From an uncultured Candidatus Saccharibacteria bacterium (GTDB lineage Bacteria; Patescibacteriota; Minisyncoccia; Phycocordibacterales; Zambryskibacteraceae), in assembly GCA_964398725.1 (NCBI GenBank), contig CAYNNE010000001.1, forward strand, positions 1-29,544: DNA of 29,544 nucleotides, read 5' to 3'. Under the pieces are notes generated by a model that saw nothing but the letters and a program-made list of their open reading frames with translations, ran no database searches and was not told where the DNA came from. Made by a program: the position numbers and the translations under genes. How positions within the stretch are numbered: the stretch's first letter is position 1; each line of letters starts with the position of its first letter. Positions 24,504 to 29,544 of this stretch are shown in pieces.

Positions 24504-26027
24504 ATGGCATTTGCGAAAGTACACACAGCACAAACAAATCTACTTTCAGGCAATTTAATTGATGTTGAAATAGACCTTTCTAGGGGCTTACACTCTTTTT
24601 CAATCGTTGGTTTACCCGATAAAGCAACAGAAGAAGCTAAGGATAGGGTGTCGGCTGCCATCAAAAATTCTGGTTTCACATCACCAAAACAACGAAACCA
24701 AAAGATAGTAATCGCTTTGGCACCAGCGGAAATAAAAAAGGAGGGGTCTGGGTTTGATGTGGCTATGGCCGTTGGATATTTAATGGCAACAGAAGAGTTG
24801 GAGGGAAATATTTCAGAGACAATTTTTATGGGTGAACTATCGCTTGATGGAGTTTTAAGGCCCGTGCGTGGAATAATTTCAATTACACAAATTGCTCGCA
24901 ATAATGGCTTTAAAGAAATCATTGTTCCTTTTGAAAACAGAATTGAAGCCGCTCTTATTGATGGAATTAATGTTCTTCCAGCCAGAACTTTTACAGATGT
25001 AATAAATCACATTAACGGTGAAACAATACCTCCTCAACCAAAAACATTAATTGAAGCAACTCCTGAAGAAAATGAAATCACGTTTGACGATATTGTTGGA
25101 CAAGAAAGCGCAAAGAGAGCTCTCACAATAGCGGCCGCAGGGAAACATAATATTGGTTTATTCGGCCCTCCCGGGACAGGAAAAACAATGCTGGCAAAAG
25201 CATTTAAAGGAATTCTTCCTCCGCTATCACACGAAGAAATTCTTGAGACAACTAGCATTCATTCTATTTCTGGAACTTTAAAAAAACCATATTTGACCGA
25301 AGCTCCGTTTCGTTCACCGCATCACACCTCGTCTTATGTTGCACTCGTCGGTGGCGGAGCAACTCCAAAACCGGGCGAAATAACTTTGGCTCACAAAGGT
25401 GTTTTATTTTTAGATGAATTCGCAGAGTTTGAAACGAGAGTGCTAGAGGCCCTGCGCGAACCATTGGAAGAAAAAAGAGTTTCTGTTTCTCGCGCAAAAG
25501 GTAGCGCAATTTTTCCTGCTAATTTTATTTTAGTGGCCGCACTAAATCCTTGTCCATGTGGCAACCGCGGATTTAAAGGACCACCATGTATTTGTTCTCC
25601 TGTGCAATTATTAAAATACGAAAGAAAAATTTCTGGACCAATTTTAGACAGAATTGATATGTGGATTTCTGTTCCAAGAATTGATCACGAAAAACTTCTC
25701 TCTGAAAAAAACACGCGGGAGAATAATCGTATTAGAGAAAAAGTTTTAGAGGCGCGAGCAATACAAGCAAAAAGATTTGTTAAAAATAAATCTAAATTGA
25801 ATGGAGATATCTCTGTAAAAGAATTGGTTAATTTAATAAAAATTTCAGCGGAGGTTAAAAGTGTTTTGGATGAAGCGGCAAAAATATTAAATTTATCTCC
25901 ACGCGCTTATCACAAAGTTGTAAAACTAGCTCGCACAATTGCAGATTTAGAGGGGGGTGAAGAAATTAAAAAAGAAAATCTTCTGGAAGCACTTTCATAC
26001 AGACCACCAAAAAATACGCTCGCATAA
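24504..26027 (+). CDS. comM: ComM/YifB Mg-chelatase-like AAA+ helicase
   Basis: IVGLPD, LAPAEIKKEGSGFDVA, GELSLDG, GPPGTGKTMLA, FRSPHH, GEITLAHKGVLFLDE, AALNPCPCG, SGPILDRID, RAYHKVVKLARTIADL. Confidence 0.95.
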   Translation: MAFAKVHTAQTNLLSGNLIDVEIDLSRGLHSFSIVGLPDKATEEAKDRVSAAIKNSGFTSPKQRNQKIVIALAPAEIKKEGSGFDVAMAVGYLMATEELEGNISETIFMGELSLDGVLRPVRGIISITQIARNNGFKEIIVPFENRIEAALIDGINVLPARTFTDVINHINGETIPPQPKTLIEATPEENEITFDDIVGQESAKRALTIAAAGKHNIGLFGPPGTGKTMLAKAFKGILPPLSHEEILETTSIHSISGTLKKPYLTEAPFRSPHHTSSYVALVGGGATPKPGEITLAHKGVLFLDEFAEFETRVLEALREPLEEKRVSVSRAKGSAIFPANFILVAALNPCPCGNRGFKGPPCICSPVQLLKYERKISGPILDRIDMWISVPRIDHEKLLSEKNTRENNRIREKVLEARAIQAKRFVKNKSKLNGDISVKELVNLIKISAEVKSVLDEAAKILNLSPRAYHKVVKLARTIADLEGGEEIKKENLLEALSYRPPKNTLA

Positions 26028-26064
26028 ATAATTTGAAACCTGTCGTATACTAATGGGCTAGCCA

Positions 26065-26161
26065 GAACTTAGAAGTGAGTTTTTGTTTTCGCCGTTCGTC
26101 TCGGAAGTTTTTTAGCATGGTAAATCAATGCGTGAACGCCGAAAACAAAAATGAACGAACT
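26065..26161 (-). repeat. Family A palindromic element, divergent copy 4 (after LysM-M23 stop)
   Basis: Arms 26080-26097 and 26134-26151 (18 bp, 1 mismatch); same flanks TAA-AGTTCG... and ...TCACTT..AAGTT; 36-nt loop. Confidence 0.75.
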
Positions 26162-27127
26162 TTAAAAGGGATTCTTAGCTCCACGAACTTCAAAGTGCAC
26201 ATGCGCTCCGGTTGTTTTTCCAGTTAAACCAACATGGCCAATCGTTTGTCCGCGTTCCACCTTATCTCCAACAGAAACGGTGTTGCTTGAATTGTGTGAA
26301 TACAAAGTTTGGGTACCATTATCATGCTGAATAACAATGTAGTTTCCATATCCTCCATTCCAACCTCCAGTTCTAGAGATGATAACAGTACCAGGAGCAG
26401 CAGCGGAGATAGGGGTTCCCACCGGAGCACCAAAATCAACTCCATTGTGTCCGTGTAAGCCTTGAGTTTTTCTGCCAGATATTGGTCTCAAATAGTACCC
26501 AACCACTACTTGTTGTTGAGATTCAACAAATCTTACGGGTGTTCCACTATTCACCGAGCCCATTTCACCGTCTGGGACAATAACAATATCTCCTATGCTT
26601 AACTTTGTATCCTTAGATATATCGTTGTAAGCCAAAATATCTTCTAGGCTAGCTTTGTAAGATTTTGCTATTGTTGCCACGGTATCGCCCTTCTTAACCA
26701 CATGTCTTACTCCAGAAATAGGCAAAATGGTGAGTGTTTGGCCCTCCTTTAAAGTATTAGTGGTTAAATTATTGGTCCATCTAATAGTATTTACTGAAAC
26801 ATTAAACATTTTGGCGATTGTAGATAATGTGTCTCCCTTTCTCACTATATATATAGAAATCTGATCGGATGATGGTTTATCTTTTATGTTTTCCGCCAAA
26901 CCGCCCGCTGGGGAGTCTTGGGGAACCAAAGCGTCATTGTCTACTAAAATTTCTGCTCCTCCCATTGCTAGGTCTTGGTTTGAATTAAGCGCCGCCTGAA
27001 GAAGGGGGATATTTTGTGAATTATAGATTTTTGGTAAGTCCTTATTGCTTTTAAAAACTCCGCTAAAAAAATCCGTTATTCCTGCATAAACTGGGCTTAT
27101 GGGCAAAAGCACAAAAACAGAAGGCAA
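26162..27127 (-). CDS. LysM-repeat M23 family peptidase (cell-wall hydrolase)
   Basis: Two LysM repeats (YIVRKGDTLSTIA, HVVKKGDTVATIA); M23 HNGVD and YSH and HVHFEV motifs. Start codon uncertain. Confidence 0.93.
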   Translation of the reverse strand: MPSVFVLLPISPVYAGITDFFSGVFKSNKDLPKIYNSQNIPLLQAALNSNQDLAMGGAEILVDNDALVPQDSPAGGLAENIKDKPSSDQISIYIVRKGDTLSTIAKMFNVSVNTIRWTNNLTTNTLKEGQTLTILPISGVRHVVKKGDTVATIAKSYKASLEDILAYNDISKDTKLSIGDIVIVPDGEMGSVNSGTPVRFVESQQQVVVGYYLRPISGRKTQGLHGHNGVDFGAPVGTPISAAAPGTVIISRTGGWNGGYGNYIVIQHDNGTQTLYSHNSSNTVSVGDKVERGQTIGHVGLTGKTTGAHVHFEVRGAKNPF

Positions 27128-27402
27128 AACTAAAAGAGCCCATACAAGGAAGCGTAAAAGCCGAGACGTATTTTTCCGACCAGCCTTTTGGGGGTCAGAT
27201 TGTTTATGGGATGAAGAAATAAAGTCTAAATTAAGTTGTAATTCCGCTTTTCTTTCGTTTCAGTATCCGGATTTCCTGAGACCACAATTATACTCCTTGG
27301 GGGGGGTATTTTCAACCAAAATCACAATATTACAACCCCCCATAATTCAATAATATGGCTAAAACAATAGCTATTTTGAGATAGTGGTATAGTATGTGGA
27401 CA

Positions 27403-29340
27403 ATGCTAAATCTAAACGAACCGCAAAAAGAGGCCGTAGAGACCCTCAATGGCCCCCTACTTATACTGGCTGGAGCTGGGGCTGGCAAAACCAAGACAAT
27501 AACGGAAAGAATCTCTAACTTAATTAAGCATGGGGTCCCTGCAGACAAGATTCTGGCTATCACTTTCACAAACAAAGCTGCTAAAGAAATGCGCGAGAGA
27601 ATTTATTCCAAACTCGGAGAAAAAGCGCCTCGTTCTTTTGAGGCATATGGCGCTTTTGGGGTTCCCTTTATATCCACCTTTCACTCTTTATGTGTTTTTA
27701 TTTTGCGACAAGAATACCAAACGGCAAACATATCAAAAAACTTCAAAATTTTTGATAAAAGCGATCAAAAATCGGCTATCAAAAAAGCAATGGAGAGGGT
27801 TGGTATAAATCCTAAAGAAAATGAGCCTGGAAAAATTTCTTCCGTTATATCAAGAATGAAAAATGATTTTTTAAATCCAGAAGAAGCTTTGGCAAAATCT
27901 CACAGTGCTATTTATGAATTAGCAGGAAGAGTTTACGGGGAATACCAAAGAGTTTTAACAGAAGAGAAGGCCCTAGATTTTGATGATTTGCTTTTCAAGA
28001 CTGCTACTTTGCTAAAAAAACATCCTTTGATTTTAAAAAAATACAGAGAAATGTGGCTTTATATACACATAGATGAATACCAAGATACAAATGAAGTTCA
28101 ATATGAATTAGCCAAGATGCTTGTTTCAGCAAATAAAAATATATGTGTTGTTGGAGACGCCGACCAAAATATCTATTCTTGGAGAGGAGCAAGTTTAAAA
28201 CACATTTTGCAATTTGAAAAAGATTATCCTGAAGCAAAAGTAGTTGTGTTAGAAGAAAATTACCGCTCAACAAAAAGAATTTTGGAAACTGCAAACTCAA
28301 TAATATCCAAAAATAATCTTAGAAAAGAAAAAAACCTCTTCACTAAAAACAAAGACGGCGAGCTCATTGGACTCCTTTCTGCATACGATGAAAACACTGA
28401 AGCAATGTTTGTCGCAGAAAAATGTATTGAGTTAATAGGAGGGGGAACGCCAGAGGAAGAAATTGCCGTTCTTTACAGAGCAAACTTTCAATCAAGACCA
28501 CTCGAGGAAGCCTTGTTACATAACTCAATTAAATACGAATTGGTTGGCACAAAGTTTTTTGAGAGAGAAGAAATAAAACATGCTGTTTCTTATTTAAGAT
28601 TGCTACTTGATGAATCACAAAGCGATATTGGACGGGTCGTAAACATACCAACCCGTGGTTTAGGAAAGGTTTCTGTATTAAAAATTTTATCCGGCAATGA
28701 AAATGATTTGTCTCCTTCTGCTAAAAAATCGTGGGGTGAGTTTAAAAAAATTATAGCTGATGGAAAAACTTTTCTGCAAAATCACACACCAAAAGAAACT
28801 CTGGAGCATATGTTAAACATTTCTGGACTCACAAATTATTATGAAGAGGGTGCAAGAAAGGGTTTTGAAGAAGACGAAGAAAGGCTATACAACTTGCGCG
28901 AATTGGTAAACCTCTCATCAAGATTTAATGGCGCAGGCGCTGATGCTTTGGGAATTTTTTTGGCTGAAATTGCCCTACAAACAAGCGAAGAGGTTGCTGA
29001 TGGAAGTGGAGTAAAACTTATGACTGTTCATGCTGCAAAAGGCCTTGAATTTTCTTATGTTTTTATCGTAGGACTTGAAGAAGGTTTGTTTCCTCATGAA
29101 AAAATGTTTGAGGAAAATAATACTGAAGAAGAGAGGGAGGAGGAAAGGAGGCTTTTTTATGTCGCCATTACTCGTGCAAAAGAAAAACTTTTCTTAACAT
29201 GGGCGCAAACTAGATTGGTATTTGGCTCGCGCGAAATAAATATACCTTCTTCATTTTTACTAGATGTCCCAGAAGAACATTTAGAAAATGTTGAATCTGA
29301 GTGGGGTGGAAGAAAATCGTTAATGAACATAGAATTCTAA
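27403..29340 (+). CDS. pcrA: UvrD/PcrA superfamily 1 helicase
   Basis: LNEPQ, AGAGAGKT, AITFTNKAA, STFH, DEYQD, VGDADQNIYSWRGA, NYRST, MTVHAAKGLEF, EERRLFYVAITRA; start taken at ATG 27403 (27394 possible). Confidence 0.97.
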   Translation: MLNLNEPQKEAVETLNGPLLILAGAGAGKTKTITERISNLIKHGVPADKILAITFTNKAAKEMRERIYSKLGEKAPRSFEAYGAFGVPFISTFHSLCVFILRQEYQTANISKNFKIFDKSDQKSAIKKAMERVGINPKENEPGKISSVISRMKNDFLNPEEALAKSHSAIYELAGRVYGEYQRVLTEEKALDFDDLLFKTATLLKKHPLILKKYREMWLYIHIDEYQDTNEVQYELAKMLVSANKNICVVGDADQNIYSWRGASLKHILQFEKDYPEAKVVVLEENYRSTKRILETANSIISKNNLRKEKNLFTKNKDGELIGLLSAYDENTEAMFVAEKCIELIGGGTPEEEIAVLYRANFQSRPLEEALLHNSIKYELVGTKFFEREEIKHAVSYLRLLLDESQSDIGRVVNIPTRGLGKVSVLKILSGNENDLSPSAKKSWGEFKKIIADGKTFLQNHTPKETLEHMLNISGLTNYYEEGARKGFEEDEERLYNLRELVNLSSRFNGAGADALGIFLAEIALQTSEEVADGSGVKLMTVHAAKGLEFSYVFIVGLEEGLFPHEKMFEENNTEEEREEERRLFYVAITRAKEKLFLTWAQTRLVFGSREINIPSSFLLDVPEEHLENVESEWGGRKSLMNIEF

Positions 29341-29460
29341 TCCCGAACGAAACCGCGGTCACGGTTTCTGGTGGTAAGCTAGAGTCTAGCTACTGAAATA
29401 TGAAAAATGAATCAAAACTCCAAAAAAATAATAGGGGACCGCGACCTGTTTCGTACGGGA
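29341..29460. repeat. Family B bipartite inverted repeat, copy 2, at the pcrA-rsmA junction
   Basis: Left tcccgaacgaaaccgcggtcacggt (29341-29365); right accgcgacctgtttcgtacggga (29438-29460). Confidence 0.8.
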
Positions 29461-29544
29461 TGGGACCAAAAAAACAATTTGGACAAAATTTTTTAACTCA
29501 ACCAAAAATCGCACAGGATATTGTGGACGCTGGTAGGTTATCTA
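29400..29544 (+). CDS. rsmA: 16S rRNA m6,2A dimethyltransferase RsmA/KsgA, 5' fragment
   Basis: Hand translation MKNESKLQKNNRGPRPVSYGMGPKKQFGQNFLTQPKIAQDIV contains the KsgA N-terminal KK.FGQNFL motif; true start is 29400 or in-frame ATG 29460. Confidence 0.8.
   Translation, partial: MKNESKLQKNNRGPRPVSYGMGPKKQFGQNFLTQPKIAQDIVDAGRLS

Noticed and set aside
1-29544. Alternative genetic code (UGA=Gly as in Gracilibacteria/SR1)
   Set aside because: All recognised genes are full length under code 11 with no in-frame TGA.

Overview
Low-GC, gene-dense chromosomal segment, by inference from a Patescibacteria/CPR (Parcubacteria-like) bacterium, read with standard code 11. It is mostly housekeeping genes: rnhA (partial), recJ, HIT, pgk, tpiA, nusA, ppa, tig, rsmE, clpP, rny, HU, four tRNAs, yraN, CCA-adding enzyme, exonuclease III, Xer-type recombinase, rpsO, NYN, DksA/TraR-like, comM, LysM-M23, pcrA/uvrD and rsmA (partial), plus several secreted or membrane hypotheticals. 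No transposase, phage, CRISPR or rRNA was seen. The most unusual signals are non-coding. (1) Family A: long palindromes starting immediately after stop codons, with unrelated 18-22 bp stems but a conserved 23-nt loop. (2) Family B: bipartite inverted repeats with compensatory changes that bracket start-codon regions. (3) Short heptamer arrays. (4) Six parS-like sites within 1.4 kb, flanked by two perfect DnaA boxes. (5) Many probable leaderless promoters. Protein-level oddities include a PilB/GspE-like ATPase with degenerate catalytic motifs, an orphan GC-rich acyl carrier protein inserted with rsmE between tig and clpP, a trigger factor lacking the PPIase domain and a DksA-like protein missing a zinc ligand. 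All motif positions, pairings and GC values were read by hand; no database searches were run.
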